Assembly (NCBI GenBank): GCA_045888315.1
Contig: JBGCVQ010000098.1
Span: forward strand, 934 to 64,933
Source: Anaerolineales bacterium
GTDB taxonomy: Bacteria > Chloroflexota > Anaerolineae > Anaerolineales > UBA11858
Direction: 5' to 3'
Length of the DNA: 64,000 nt
Shown piece after piece: positions 40,373 through 50,234 of this stretch; positions within the stretch are counted from its first letter, which is position 1; the number at the start of each line of letters is the position of its first letter. The notes under the pieces are model-generated. The model was given only the letters and a program-made list of their open reading frames with translations, was not told the DNA's origin and searched no databases. The translations under genes were made by a program, and so were the position numbers.

Positions 40373-41726
40373 ATTCGCTCCAAGCGTTCTGTATAGTCTG
40401 GACTAAATTCGCATCGGATTCCGGGAATACCGTCCGAGGGTCGAATAAGACCTGGTCCTTATCCACCCGGCCGATGACAGCTGGTGTGCTCCTGCGGAGG
40501 ATTTCCAAGAGGCGGTTGGGATGCTCCACATCCAGCGCCAGGACCCAGGTGGGTAGGGTCTCGCCCGGGAGGGATCCTCCTCCCACCATGGACTGGGATT
40601 CGATCACCCGGCCCATCCCTAATTCATCCTGCCAGCCCCGTGCCCGTTCTTGAAGCTGGTCAATATCCGCCGCAATCATCTTCCAGACGGGGACGGACGA
40701 GAGCGCCTCTTCCTTCAGATAATGCCCCAGGGTGGCAGTCAATGCAGCCAGTGCCATCTTATCGGCCCGGATCGCCCGTGCCAGGGGGTGTACTTTAAGC
40801 TGGTCGATCAAGTTGCGTTTTCCGAGGATGATCCCAGCCTGGGGACCGCCCAGGAGCTTATCCCCGGAGAAACACACCAGGTCAGCGCCCGCAGCCAGAG
40901 ATTCCTGGACCATTGGCTCATGTTTCAAACCGAATTGGCTGGTATCGATCAGGGCACCAGAACCCAGGTCATCGAAGAACCATAAGCCCGCTTGATGGGC
41001 GCTGGCAACGATCGAATCCAGATCAGGTTCACTTGTGAACCCAACAATGGAATAGTTCGAGGTGTGAGCCCGCATCACCGCTGCCGTGTCCGGGCTGTAA
41101 GCCCCCTCATAATCGAAGAGGTGCACCTTATTGGTCGTTCCAACTTCCACCAACTCAGTCCCTGAATGGCGCAGGACCTCCGGGATCCGGAAACCGCCTC
41201 CGATCTCGACCAGCTGGGAGCGGCTGATGATCACTTTTTTACCTCGGGTGAGGACGGTCAGGACCAGCAAGACTGCCGAGGCATTATTGTTGACAACCAG
41301 AGCGGATTCCACCCCCAGCAGCTCTTTAAATTGGGATTCTGCGTGCACCAGCCGCGAGCCCCTGCCCCCGGAATCCAGGTCGAATTCCAGGGTTGAATAC
41401 CCACCGCCTATCTCACAGACAGCTTGCTGGGCAGCTCTGCTGAGAGGCGCCCGGCCCAGGTTGGTATGGACGATCACACCGGAAGCGTTGATAACCGGGA
41501 TCAAGGTCGGCTGCAGACGCCCTTCCAGCTCAGCAGTCACCAGTGCCAGGATCCCATCCAGATCAGGGATCTCACCACCCTCATTTAAAAAACGCTGTCT
41601 GACCTGATCCAGGGACCGCCGAACCGCATCCAGCACAGGCTGATGCCCGAATTGTCCCTCAAGGGAGGTGGCGCGGGGGTCCTTCAAGATCTGATCTACG
41701 GATGGCAGCTGGCTCAGTTTGTTCAT
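40362..41726 (-). CDS. selA: L-seryl-tRNA(Sec) selenium transferase
   Basis: 454 aa with LPSVDQIL N terminus, VINASGVIVHTNLGRAPL and the PLP-lysine block FSGDKLLGGPQAGII. Confidence 0.9.
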   Translation of the reverse strand: MNKLSQLPSVDQILKDPRATSLEGQFGHQPVLDAVRRSLDQVRQRFLNEGGEIPDLDGILALVTAELEGRLQPTLIPVINASGVIVHTNLGRAPLSRAAQQAVCEIGGGYSTLEFDLDSGGRGSRLVHAESQFKELLGVESALVVNNNASAVLLVLTVLTRGKKVIISRSQLVEIGGGFRIPEVLRHSGTELVEVGTTNKVHLFDYEGAYSPDTAAVMRAHTSNYSIVGFTSEPDLDSIVASAHQAGLWFFDDLGSGALIDTSQFGLKHEPMVQESLAAGADLVCFSGDKLLGGPQAGIILGKRNLIDQLKVHPLARAIRADKMALAALTATLGHYLKEEALSSVPVWKMIAADIDQLQERARGWQDELGMGRVIESQSMVGGGSLPGETLPTWVLALDVEHPNRLLEILRRSTPAVIGRVDKDQVLFDPRTVFPESDANLVQTIQNAWSEYEK

Positions 41727-41747
41727 TTGGATTCCAGGGAAATGATT

Positions 41748-42161
41748 TTAGCGGTTGTCCAGATCCTCCTCGGGGTGCCATTCACTCCGATTTCGGAATC
41801 GCAGCAGAATTTCTATCAGGGACATCCCAATGGCAAGGATCACAGCCAAGCCAAAGGACAGAACCTGTCCTTTATTAAGCCAGATCATGATCCCGGCAAA
41901 GATCCCTATCATGGTCGATTCCCGGATTATAATTTCAAAACTGGCTGGCCCCAGCAAACGGATGACCCGGTTCAAGTAAGTCACAATCGGGATGGCAGTT
42001 CCTGTCAGTGCGAACACGATCGCCACGAAGAACAGCCAGCGGTTTCCCAGGTCCGGTTTCGTCTGGGTCATGAGATACAGCAAACCGAACCAGCCTGGTA
42101 GGGCCAGCAGCAACGTGATCGGAAGAACGGCTCGGACGGTTGGGGATCCTTTACCTTCCAT
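41748..42161 (-). CDS. Small integral membrane protein, unknown function
   Basis: 137 aa with four predicted TM helices. It is divergent from dnaA. Confidence 0.5.
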   Translation of the reverse strand: MEGKGSPTVRAVLPITLLLALPGWFGLLYLMTQTKPDLGNRWLFFVAIVFALTGTAIPIVTYLNRVIRLLGPASFEIIIRESTMIGIFAGIMIWLNKGQVLSFGLAVILAIGMSLIEILLRFRNRSEWHPEEDLDNR

Positions 42162-42556
42162 GTCTCAAATTCTAACATACTGTGACCTGCTTCAGGTATG
42201 GGCGGAATTCAGGGACGAGAACAAAAATACAGGCAGAGGAGGGGAGTTTTGACCCCTATACCCAGGTAAAAAATGACGAAAACCGAACCTTAAAAAATTG
42301 GCCGAACCCATTAACTCAGCTAACATTCAAGTTGATGGACATAAATATGAGACACCAGCTCTTCTTGAAATCCCAACTTCTTAAGATTGTATCTGAGACT
42401 TTCCAAATTACCCCCATCTATAGGGGTTGTCACAGTCAGCTACCCCAAATCCTTGGGCAAATAGTACTCTAGAAGGGGTCGGTGTCCAGCATCTAGAAAA
42501 GCACGATTTCTTAAGATTGCCAACCTTAATAAATCGATTTTTTTTAGAGGGCGGGA

Positions 42557-42585
42557 TTGATTGACTTACCCCCTTCCGATAAAAT
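42557..42585 (+). promoter_or_regulatory. Sigma-70-type promoter candidate for dnaA: TTGATT-N17-TAAAAT
   Basis: Read directly, about 140 nt upstream of the preferred dnaA ATG. Confidence 0.45.
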
Positions 42586-42726
42586 AGAGCATGAAGCGTT
42601 CCCCCTTCTTGGGATTAACATCACGAATATTCTTACGACCCACCAGTGATCCAGGAATACTCCCGGCAGAGAATCGCCAGGGAGGTCTTACGTCACTCTT
42701 GGGGAAGTGATGAGGAGGATCAATTA

Positions 42727-44085
42727 ATGGAAGGAAAGCAAGCTTGGCAAGCTGCCCTGGGCCAACTCCAGATGGATATGCCCAAAGCAGCCTTTGATAC
42801 CTGGGTCCGCGATGCAGAACTGCTCCAGGTATCTGATGGCGAATTTCAGATCGGCGTTCACAACGCCTATGCTCGCGACTGGCTCGACAGCCGCCTGAAG
42901 AGCACCATCATCAAGCTGCTTACCGGAACTCTCAACCGCCAGGTCGACGTCAACTTTATCGTCAACAACGGAAAAAGGACTGCCCCGCGGCAGGAACCTG
43001 ATTACCTGGAGGAAGTCTCCCCGACTCTCACTGAGCCTGAGCACTCCCAACCCCAGCGGGTTGCGATCAACTTCCGCTATAATTTCAACAATTTTGTGGT
43101 CGGCCCCAGCAACCGCCTGGCCCATGCCGCTTCCCTGGCTGTTGCAGAAAAACCCGCCCAGACCTATAACCCGCTCTTCCTCTATGGAGGTGTGGGACTG
43201 GGAAAGACCCACCTGCTCCACGCCATAGGCAATGTCTGCCAGGCCCAGAACCTTGAAGTGCTCTACGTTTCCTCTGAGGAATTCACCAATGACTTGATCA
43301 CCGCTATCCGGGGGCACACCACCCAGGCTTTCCGGGACAAGTACCGCCGCATCGATGTGCTCTTGATCGATGACATCCAATTCATTGCCGGTAAAGAATC
43401 GACCCAGGAAGAATTCTTCCATACCTTCAACACCCTTCACGGTCAGAATAAACAGATCGTGATGACCTCAGACCGCCCGCCCCGCGCTATGGTCACCCTC
43501 GAGGAACGCTTGCGCTCCCGCTTCGAGTGGGGGTTGGCTGCGGACATCCAGCCGCCTGATTTCGAGACCCGCCTGGCAATCCTGCAGTCCAAGGCTGAAA
43601 GGATGGGCTATTCTCTCCCGGACACCATCTTGGAGAATATTGCCCACCGATTCCAGACCAATATCCGGGAATTGGAAGGGGCTTTGACCAGGCTGATGGC
43701 TTACGCAGACCTGAGAGGTATGGCCCTCGACGAAAAGTTGGTCGAATACGCCCTGGCAGACCTGATGCCAGAAGCCCGGGAGATCGAACCTGACCGCATT
43801 CTCAAGACCATTGCCCAGGAATATGGCCTGACCATGGATGAGCTCATCGGCCAAAGCCGCAGTCAGCGGGTGGCATTCCCGCGCCAGGTGGCGATGTATA
43901 TGCTCCGGGAAGAAAGTGACCTTTCCCTGCCCAAGATCGGCGAGATCCTTGGCGGTCGGGACCATACCACTGTGATGTACGGCCATGAGAAGATCACCGA
44001 TCTCCTGGATCAAGATAAGAATCTGCGCAGAAAGATCGTTAATCTCCAGGAGATCCTTTACTCCCCTGTCAGCGTGGTCATGTGA
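42727..44085 (+). CDS. dnaA: Chromosomal replication initiator protein DnaA
   Basis: AAA+ Walker A GGVGLGKTHL, box VII, and C-terminal DNA-binding helix FPRQVAMYMLRE..GGRDHTTVMYGHEKI. The start is placed at the ATG after GAGGAGGA. The ORF track starts 81 nt earlier at a GTG. Confidence 0.95.
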   Translation: MEGKQAWQAALGQLQMDMPKAAFDTWVRDAELLQVSDGEFQIGVHNAYARDWLDSRLKSTIIKLLTGTLNRQVDVNFIVNNGKRTAPRQEPDYLEEVSPTLTEPEHSQPQRVAINFRYNFNNFVVGPSNRLAHAASLAVAEKPAQTYNPLFLYGGVGLGKTHLLHAIGNVCQAQNLEVLYVSSEEFTNDLITAIRGHTTQAFRDKYRRIDVLLIDDIQFIAGKESTQEEFFHTFNTLHGQNKQIVMTSDRPPRAMVTLEERLRSRFEWGLAADIQPPDFETRLAILQSKAERMGYSLPDTILENIAHRFQTNIRELEGALTRLMAYADLRGMALDEKLVEYALADLMPEAREIEPDRILKTIAQEYGLTMDELIGQSRSQRVAFPRQVAMYMLREESDLSLPKIGEILGGRDHTTVMYGHEKITDLLDQDKNLRRKIVNLQEILYSPVSVVM

Positions 44086-44110
44086 CCCTCGCTATCACAA
44101 GATCAAAAAA

Positions 44111-44137
44111 ACCTGCTGAAGTTCAGCAGGTTTTTTT
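44111..44137. terminator. Bidirectional terminator (ACCTGCTGAA / TTCAGCAGGT flanked by A6 and T7)
   Basis: Read directly between convergent dnaA (+) and the AI-2E permease gene (-). Confidence 0.75.
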
Positions 44138-44139
44138 AT

Positions 44140-45342
44140 TCATTCAGGATCCTGGTCCTTTTTTCGGCGGACCCGCTTGGACCATTCTTTCAACTTACGA
44201 GACCAGCTCTGCCAGGGGAATTCTACTGGCTTGGTATCTACCTCAGCCGCTGGCCAGGGGTCCAAATCGAACATTTTTCGAAAGACATACACACCGATTG
44301 CCTTGACTGTGGTCACGATCGGAGCGGCCAGGAAGATCCCTACCAATCCAAAAAGACTGGCCATGAACAGAGCTGCCACCAGCACTGCCGCCGGGTGTAT
44401 GTCCAGGGCCCTTCCCAAGAAGCGGGGGGAGATGTAGTTGTCAAATAAGAAGTTGATCGACAGCGCGATAGCCAGGACCATGATCGAATACTGCCAGGGC
44501 TGGAGCCCAAAGTAATTACCCGGCTGGAAAAAGGTGACCAATACCATCACGATGGCGGTCGTCCATAAGCCCACATAAGGTACAAAGACCGCTAACCCGG
44601 TCAGGGCTGCCAGCGCCAGGGAATACCGCACTCCCAGCGCAGAAAGAACGATCAAATAGACAATAAACACCATCATGAAGATGATCAGCTGCCCCCGGAA
44701 GAATGAGTCCCAGATCTGGTGCAGCTGGCGGCCCATTCGGCGGATATCGTAATCGTACTGGGGTATCTGATCGATCTGGATCTCCCCCACGCGGCCGGAT
44801 TCTGAAAGGATGAAATAGGCCACTACCAGCACGAAGAAGATCCTGCCAATGCTGACCGCGGCACCTGTTGCGATTGAACCCACGACCGATCCGGCTTGGC
44901 CTAAGAGAGGCTGGATCGCTGCCAGGATGCGGTTAGCCAGGTCATTGAGGTTAATCAAACCCCCTGCACCGTATTTCGCTAGAAAATCTGAAATGTTGTT
45001 TGCCAGCTCCGGCAGGTTGTTCGTGAAATCCTGGACGACGCGGACCAGCCCGGCCAGCTGCTGGGCGATCGCCAACCCTGCCCCTGTCAGCAGTCCCAGC
45101 AGCAGGATCACCAGCAGCAGGAAGACCAGGGTTGCGCTCACGCGCCAGGACATCTTGGTGCGTTGGGTGAGCCAGCTGACAACAGGCCTGAACAAGTAGG
45201 TGATGATGAACGCCAGGATCAGCAGGGAAACGATGGAGCGGTAATAAATGAATACACCGGCAAACAGCGCCACCAGCGCCAGGCCGATCACTAATTTAGT
45301 GGTGGTGGTCCAGGATGGAGAGTGGTTATCTTCTGAGGTCAT
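44140..45342 (-). CDS. AI-2E family transporter (PerM/UPF0118)
   Basis: 400 aa with ~8 TM helices and a family-typical C-terminal half (YISPRFLGRALDIHPAAVLVAL). Confidence 0.85.
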   Translation of the reverse strand: MTSEDNHSPSWTTTTKLVIGLALVALFAGVFIYYRSIVSLLILAFIITYLFRPVVSWLTQRTKMSWRVSATLVFLLLVILLLGLLTGAGLAIAQQLAGLVRVVQDFTNNLPELANNISDFLAKYGAGGLINLNDLANRILAAIQPLLGQAGSVVGSIATGAAVSIGRIFFVLVVAYFILSESGRVGEIQIDQIPQYDYDIRRMGRQLHQIWDSFFRGQLIIFMMVFIVYLIVLSALGVRYSLALAALTGLAVFVPYVGLWTTAIVMVLVTFFQPGNYFGLQPWQYSIMVLAIALSINFLFDNYISPRFLGRALDIHPAAVLVAALFMASLFGLVGIFLAAPIVTTVKAIGVYVFRKMFDLDPWPAAEVDTKPVEFPWQSWSRKLKEWSKRVRRKKDQDPE

Positions 45343-45407
45343 GGCAGTATTTCCCCTTGGTTAAAAGCCCTGATTCCTTAAATCAATCCTTGTTCCAATC
45401 GGATGCA

Positions 45408-46430
45408 TCAACCATCAACGAGCTTGGCAATGACGATGATGCGTTTGTTATCAACCATATAGGGATAACAGGAAATCAAAGTTGTGATGGGTTCCCCGGT
45501 GGACTCCAGATATTCTACCTGGTCCGGCTCGACGACCAGGACGTCCTCTACAGAATACGTGTAGCTCTGTCGGGCAGAAAACAAGATCACCAGATCGCCC
45601 TCCTCCAGCTGGTCCAGATCCCGGAAGATCTCGCCGTGGATGTCATTATGGGCAGAGAGAACGACGTTTCCGCTCTCACCTGGATTCGCTGAATAGATAT
45701 TATGTCCCACGCCCTTCTTGAGCTGTTCAGGACCGTCCCCTTCCACGACAGGGACATCCTGATTGATCTTGGGTATCTGGAGCCTGATCGCATGATTCGG
45801 GCCAGGCGTAGGGATGGGAATTTCCCAGTAGGACTGCACGACTGGACGAAGATGGGAGGGGATCTCCTCGATATTAGGTTTGCTTCCCCCTGGTGAATTG
45901 GGTGGTGTGTGGCCGCCAGGAAGGACGACCGCTTTGATCAGCGGCGTTGGCGTGAGTGTTGGCTGCTCCAAAGCCAGGGCAACCTCCCTGTTCAGCTGCT
46001 GGAGGATATCCAAGCCATTGAACAGGACAAAAACCAGGCCGATGACTGCCAGGATCTCGACGGCCAGCAGAAAACCATCCACTACGCGTTTATTTCTTTG
46101 CTTGGTCTCCTGTTCTGGATCTGGGGGACCTTCCCCCGGAGGGGATGTGGTCCGCAGGTCCTCCCAGGTTGGCGGTTCTTCTTCGTTAACCAGCCTCACG
46201 ACGCGTCCGGTTTCCCGAAAACGCTCGATACGCTCATGCCTGCCCGACCTCTGTTTTTCGATCAGCAGCCGGCGCAGCTCTGGAATGCTCAGATCTCTGG
46301 GGTCTTTTTTCCTCGCCACACCAAAATTATAATCGGGCTTTATCAAGATGCCAAGCGAGTAGGGATTCTTGCGGGATTCTAATATTAAAAAACCCTCCGC
46401 CAGACCCGGCACAGGGGGCGAGGTTTGCAT
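45408..46430 (-). CDS. Sortase-family transpeptidase with long N-terminal region and TM anchor
   Basis: 340 aa. The catalytic-domain pattern is GNVVLSAHND (His), TLISCYPY (TLxTC Cys) and NKRIIV (Arg). Confidence 0.75.
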   Translation of the reverse strand: MQTSPPVPGLAEGFLILESRKNPYSLGILIKPDYNFGVARKKDPRDLSIPELRRLLIEKQRSGRHERIERFRETGRVVRLVNEEEPPTWEDLRTTSPPGEGPPDPEQETKQRNKRVVDGFLLAVEILAVIGLVFVLFNGLDILQQLNREVALALEQPTLTPTPLIKAVVLPGGHTPPNSPGGSKPNIEEIPSHLRPVVQSYWEIPIPTPGPNHAIRLQIPKINQDVPVVEGDGPEQLKKGVGHNIYSANPGESGNVVLSAHNDIHGEIFRDLDQLEEGDLVILFSARQSYTYSVEDVLVVEPDQVEYLESTGEPITTLISCYPYMVDNKRIIVIAKLVDG

Positions 46431-46448
46431 GTATAATATTCAAATTGT

Positions 46449-47843
46449 GTGGTCATTGCCAGCCAATCGATGAATAATAAGAGCCTGACATTTCTCCTCT
46501 CGGATAACAAATTCCTGGTCAAACTTCTCCAGCTGGCCAGCCCCATCATGCTCCAGCAGTTCATCTTTTCGTCCTTGGGCATGGTCGACACCATGATGAT
46601 CGGCCAGCTGGGGGATACCGCCGTAGCAGCGGTGGGCATTGCTAACCAGGTCTTTTTCCTGGTCACGCTGCTGTACTTTGGTGTCACCAGCGGTTCGGCG
46701 ATCTTCACCGCCCAATACTGGGGCCAAAAAGACATCCCCCGCATTAACCAGGTCCTGGGACTCAGTCTGGTGATCAGCCTGGCGGGCGGAGGGATCTTCG
46801 CCGTGGCAGCCCTGGTCGCCCCTGCAAAGATCATGAGTATCTACACAGCTGATCCACTGGTGATCTGGCAGGGCAGCGAATACCTGAGAGTGATCGCCCT
46901 CAGCTATTTCTTGACAGCGATCTCTTACTCCTATTCAGCGATCCTGCGCAGCATCGAACAGGTCCACCTGCCAATGATCGTCAGCCTGGTTGCCCTCAGT
47001 CTGAACACCTTTCTGAATTACGGCCTGATCCTGGGCAACTTCGGCCTGCCTGCCCTCGGTGTTACGGGGGCAGCACTGGCTACTTTGATCGCCAGACTGG
47101 TCGAGACCCTCCTGACCTTGATCCTGATCTATTCACGGAAACTGCCCCTGGCAGCCCGGCTCCAGGAGCTGTTCCTATGGGATCGGATACCTTTCCGGAA
47201 ATTCTTCCACACCACCCTGCCGGTCATCATCACGGAGATCGTCTGGTCCCTGGGATCTACTACTTATAACGCGATCTACGCCCATATCAGCACGGAATCG
47301 ATCGCTGCCTATAATATCGCCATCACGCTTGACCGTTTGGTTTTCGTGGTCTTCATCGGTCTGGCGCATGCCTGCGCGATCATGATCGGCAACCAGATCG
47401 GGGCTGGCAAAACCGCAACAGCATCCATTTATGGCAAGAAATTCATCCTGATCGGCCTGCTAGGTGCAACCATATCAGGATTCTTGATCTTCCTGATCAA
47501 GAATCCCATCCTGTCGCTCTACAAAGTCACACCATTGACCTTGGAGTTTGCTAACCGGGTGCTGCTGGTGATGATCTTCTCGCTGCCTATTCGGTCCTTG
47601 AATCTGATCGTGCTGATCGGCATTTTGCGCAGCGGAGGAGATACCATCTACGCAATGCTGATCGACGCGGGAATCATCTGGACCGTGGGGGTCCCGATAG
47701 CCCTGCTGGGCGCGTTCATCCTCAAGCTGCCGGTTTTCTGGGTCTATGCCCTGGCGATGGTGGAAGAGGTCACCAAACTCACACTCGGTTTGATCAGGTT
47801 CTTCCAGGGACGGTGGGCACACAGTTTAACAGTGCCAGCTTGA
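46449..47843 (+). CDS. MATE family efflux transporter
   Basis: 464 aa with 12 TM helices and an N-terminal LLQLASPIMLQQFIFSSLGMVDTMMIGQLG pattern. An alternative ATG lies at 46470. Confidence 0.9.
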   Translation: MVIASQSMNNKSLTFLLSDNKFLVKLLQLASPIMLQQFIFSSLGMVDTMMIGQLGDTAVAAVGIANQVFFLVTLLYFGVTSGSAIFTAQYWGQKDIPRINQVLGLSLVISLAGGGIFAVAALVAPAKIMSIYTADPLVIWQGSEYLRVIALSYFLTAISYSYSAILRSIEQVHLPMIVSLVALSLNTFLNYGLILGNFGLPALGVTGAALATLIARLVETLLTLILIYSRKLPLAARLQELFLWDRIPFRKFFHTTLPVIITEIVWSLGSTTYNAIYAHISTESIAAYNIAITLDRLVFVVFIGLAHACAIMIGNQIGAGKTATASIYGKKFILIGLLGATISGFLIFLIKNPILSLYKVTPLTLEFANRVLLVMIFSLPIRSLNLIVLIGILRSGGDTIYAMLIDAGIIWTVGVPIALLGAFILKLPVFWVYALAMVEEVTKLTLGLIRFFQGRWAHSLTVPA

Positions 47844-47912
47844 TATTCCTCGGTTTCTGTCAGCCCGGTCATGCTAGAATCAATCCAGGGAAAAATCAAG
47901 GAGATGCATCGC

Positions 47913-49013
47913 ATGGATCCAAGAATCCAGAAGCTGGCCAAGATCCTGGTCTACCATTCAGCCCGCATCGCAGCGGGTGATCGGGTTGCCATCGAAGCGA
48001 CGACCGCTGCTGAACCGCTGGTTCGAGCCCTGTACCGCGAGATCCTTTCTGCAGGTGGACACCCCTATCCTCTGTTGAAAATCCCCCAGCAGGACCGGGA
48101 ACTGCTAACCTTCGGGAACGAGGAGCAGATTGGCCATGTGGATCAGCTCCGCCACCAGGCATATCAGGCATTCGAATCCCGCATTCGCATCTATTCCTCC
48201 ACCAATCCCCAAGAATTGAACGATTTTTCCAGCAGCCAGCAAGCGCTTTTCCAGCAGTCCAAGTCCCCGATATTAAGGACCCAGCTGGAACGGGGAGCCA
48301 AGGATGAATTCAAATGGGTGACCACGCTCTTCCCCACCCAGGCCTATGCTGAACAGGCGGGGATGGATCTTGAGGAATTCCAGGATTTTGTCTATGGCGC
48401 CTGTCTGGCGGACCAGGAGGATCCTATCCAGAGCTGGCACGAGATCAAGGAGAACCAGGCGGCCGGGTTGGACCTCTTCCAGGGCAGCGATCGGGTCAAA
48501 CTGACAGGTCCGGACATCGACCTGGAACTCTCGGTCAAGGGCAGGAAATTCATCAACTGCTACGGAATCAACAACATGCCGGATGGTGAGATCTTCACCG
48601 GACCGGTTGAGACTTCCCTCAACGGCTGGGTGCGCTACAGCTACCCTGCAGTCTATTCCGGGGTGATGGTCAAGGGAGTGGAACTTGAGTTCCGAGAAGG
48701 CAAGGTGGTCCGCGCTCAGGCGGAGGAGCAGGAGGATTATCTCCTGAAACTTCTGGATTCTGATCCTGGGGCGCGCTACGCGGGGGAGTTTGCAGTGGGA
48801 ACCAACACCCAGGTCCAGCGCTTTACCGGTAACATCCTGTTCGACGAGAAGATCGGCGGTACCATCCACATCGCCCTGGGCTCTGGTTACCCGGAGACGG
48901 GCAGTTCGAATCAAAGCGCGATCCATTGGGATATGATCTGCGATATGAGAAAAGGCTCGACCATAGAGGTAGACGGGACACCAATCTATCAGGATGGCAA
49001 ATTCATCCTCTAG
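47913..49013 (+). CDS. Aminopeptidase, M29 (AmpS/PepS) family
   Basis: MDPRIQKLAKILVYHS.., FTGNILFDEKIGGTIHIALG. The start is placed at the ATG 9 nt after AGGAG. The ORF track starts at 47871. Confidence 0.85.
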   Translation: MDPRIQKLAKILVYHSARIAAGDRVAIEATTAAEPLVRALYREILSAGGHPYPLLKIPQQDRELLTFGNEEQIGHVDQLRHQAYQAFESRIRIYSSTNPQELNDFSSSQQALFQQSKSPILRTQLERGAKDEFKWVTTLFPTQAYAEQAGMDLEEFQDFVYGACLADQEDPIQSWHEIKENQAAGLDLFQGSDRVKLTGPDIDLELSVKGRKFINCYGINNMPDGEIFTGPVETSLNGWVRYSYPAVYSGVMVKGVELEFREGKVVRAQAEEQEDYLLKLLDSDPGARYAGEFAVGTNTQVQRFTGNILFDEKIGGTIHIALGSGYPETGSSNQSAIHWDMICDMRKGSTIEVDGTPIYQDGKFIL

Positions 49014-49049
49014 GAAAAACGAGATACAGTAATCTGTGAAGGAGGCGGC

Positions 49050-49598
49050 ATGCCGGATCGGGAACTGCTTTACGCAATGTCCAAGGAGAAATTGATCGAC
49101 ATGCTGGAGGACCAGGCGAAGAACTGGCTGGCCCATGACGGCTTATGGTTCCAGGCGGTTGAGCAGCACTACGGTATGGATAATGCTATCCAGCTTGATA
49201 AAGAAGCCTGGATCACCTTTACCCAGATCGAAGCGAAAAGGATCATGAAGCTGCACAATATCGAGCCAGGAGGCGGTATTCCTGCCCTGAAACAAGCCCT
49301 GCAATTTAGGATGTATGCCCGCCTCAATGAACAGTCTCTGGTCGAGATTGGCGATAGAGAGCTCCGATTTGAAATGAACGACTGCCGGGTGCAGAGCGCC
49401 CGCAAGCGCAAAGGTCTGGATGATTTTCCCTGCAAAGCTGTGGGCATCGCCGAATATGCCTACTTCGCGCACACCATCGATCCCCGCATCCGGACAACAG
49501 TGATCAGCTGCCCCCCGGATCCCCACCCGGAGAGCTATTACTGCGCCTGGCAGTTCACCCTGGAAGATAACCCCCTTTCCCTGGATGAGCTGCCCTGA
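49050..49598 (+). CDS. Conserved hypothetical cytosolic protein (possibly DUF6125-like)
   Basis: 182 aa with a GGAGG RBS and the WLAHDGLWFQAVE motif. The family assignment is from memory only. Confidence 0.5.
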   Translation: MPDRELLYAMSKEKLIDMLEDQAKNWLAHDGLWFQAVEQHYGMDNAIQLDKEAWITFTQIEAKRIMKLHNIEPGGGIPALKQALQFRMYARLNEQSLVEIGDRELRFEMNDCRVQSARKRKGLDDFPCKAVGIAEYAYFAHTIDPRIRTTVISCPPDPHPESYYCAWQFTLEDNPLSLDELP

Positions 49599-49622
49599 CA
49601 GACTAGTATGGGATATGACGAA

Positions 49623-49652
49623 AAAAATCCTGAACAAGAGTTCAGGATTTTT
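49623..49652. terminator. Bidirectional terminator, perfect 13-bp stem AAAAATCCTGAAC / GTTCAGGATTTTT
   Basis: Read directly between convergent genes ending at 49598 (+) and 49677 (-). Confidence 0.7.
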
Positions 49653-49676
49653 AATTCCTCTCAGTGTTTTTATGGT

Positions 49677-50210
49677 TTATTTTGCGCGCCAGAAACCCCG
49701 CCGGACTGCGATGACGTCCTCTTTGGTGATGAACGCGTTCTGATCGATCTCCAGGACCAGGTCCTCGAACTCCTGGACTTGGCTCCGGCGAATGCTGCTG
49801 GTGATCACTGACACCATGCCATCCTTGCCTCTGGCAGGAATTTCAGTGACCGCATAGTTATGTTTCCGCAGGGATTCCAGGATCGCTGCCCCCCATTTGG
49901 GGCTGATAACCCTAACCTCCGAAAAGCCGATCGCTAGTTTATCCTCGATGAACATGCCTACCACATTGCCGGTGGCAAATCCCCCCGCATAGACCAGCAC
50001 GTTCATGAAATTTTCAATGTCAGAGAGGACGAAGGCGAAGGTCAGCACCCAGATCACGGAGTTGAAGAACCCTAACAGCCAAACCAGGAACTTGTTATTG
50101 CGCATGGTGAAGATCACCCGCAAGGTATCCAGAGTCGTGGCGATCACCCGGACTACGAAGATGAACAGGGCGATCAGCAGTGATTGGGTGCTGAATTCGA
50201 AGGTGAACAT
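49677..50210 (-). CDS. UPF0316-family membrane protein (DUF2179 domain)
   Basis: 177 aa with three TM helices followed by a DUF2179-like soluble domain (AVTEIPARGKDG). Confidence 0.8.
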   Translation of the reverse strand: MFTFEFSTQSLLIALFIFVVRVIATTLDTLRVIFTMRNNKFLVWLLGFFNSVIWVLTFAFVLSDIENFMNVLVYAGGFATGNVVGMFIEDKLAIGFSEVRVISPKWGAAILESLRKHNYAVTEIPARGKDGMVSVITSSIRRSQVQEFEDLVLEIDQNAFITKEDVIAVRRGFWRAK

Positions 50211-50234
50211 TTTACCGACCTCCCCTGTGGGAGA

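Noticed and set aside
42182-42472. 96-aa plus-strand ORF inside the dnaA upstream region
   Set aside because: It has no RBS. Its composition and codon usage are unlike neighbouring genes, and its AT-rich sequence is full of short repeats. It is more consistent with non-coding regulatory or origin DNA.
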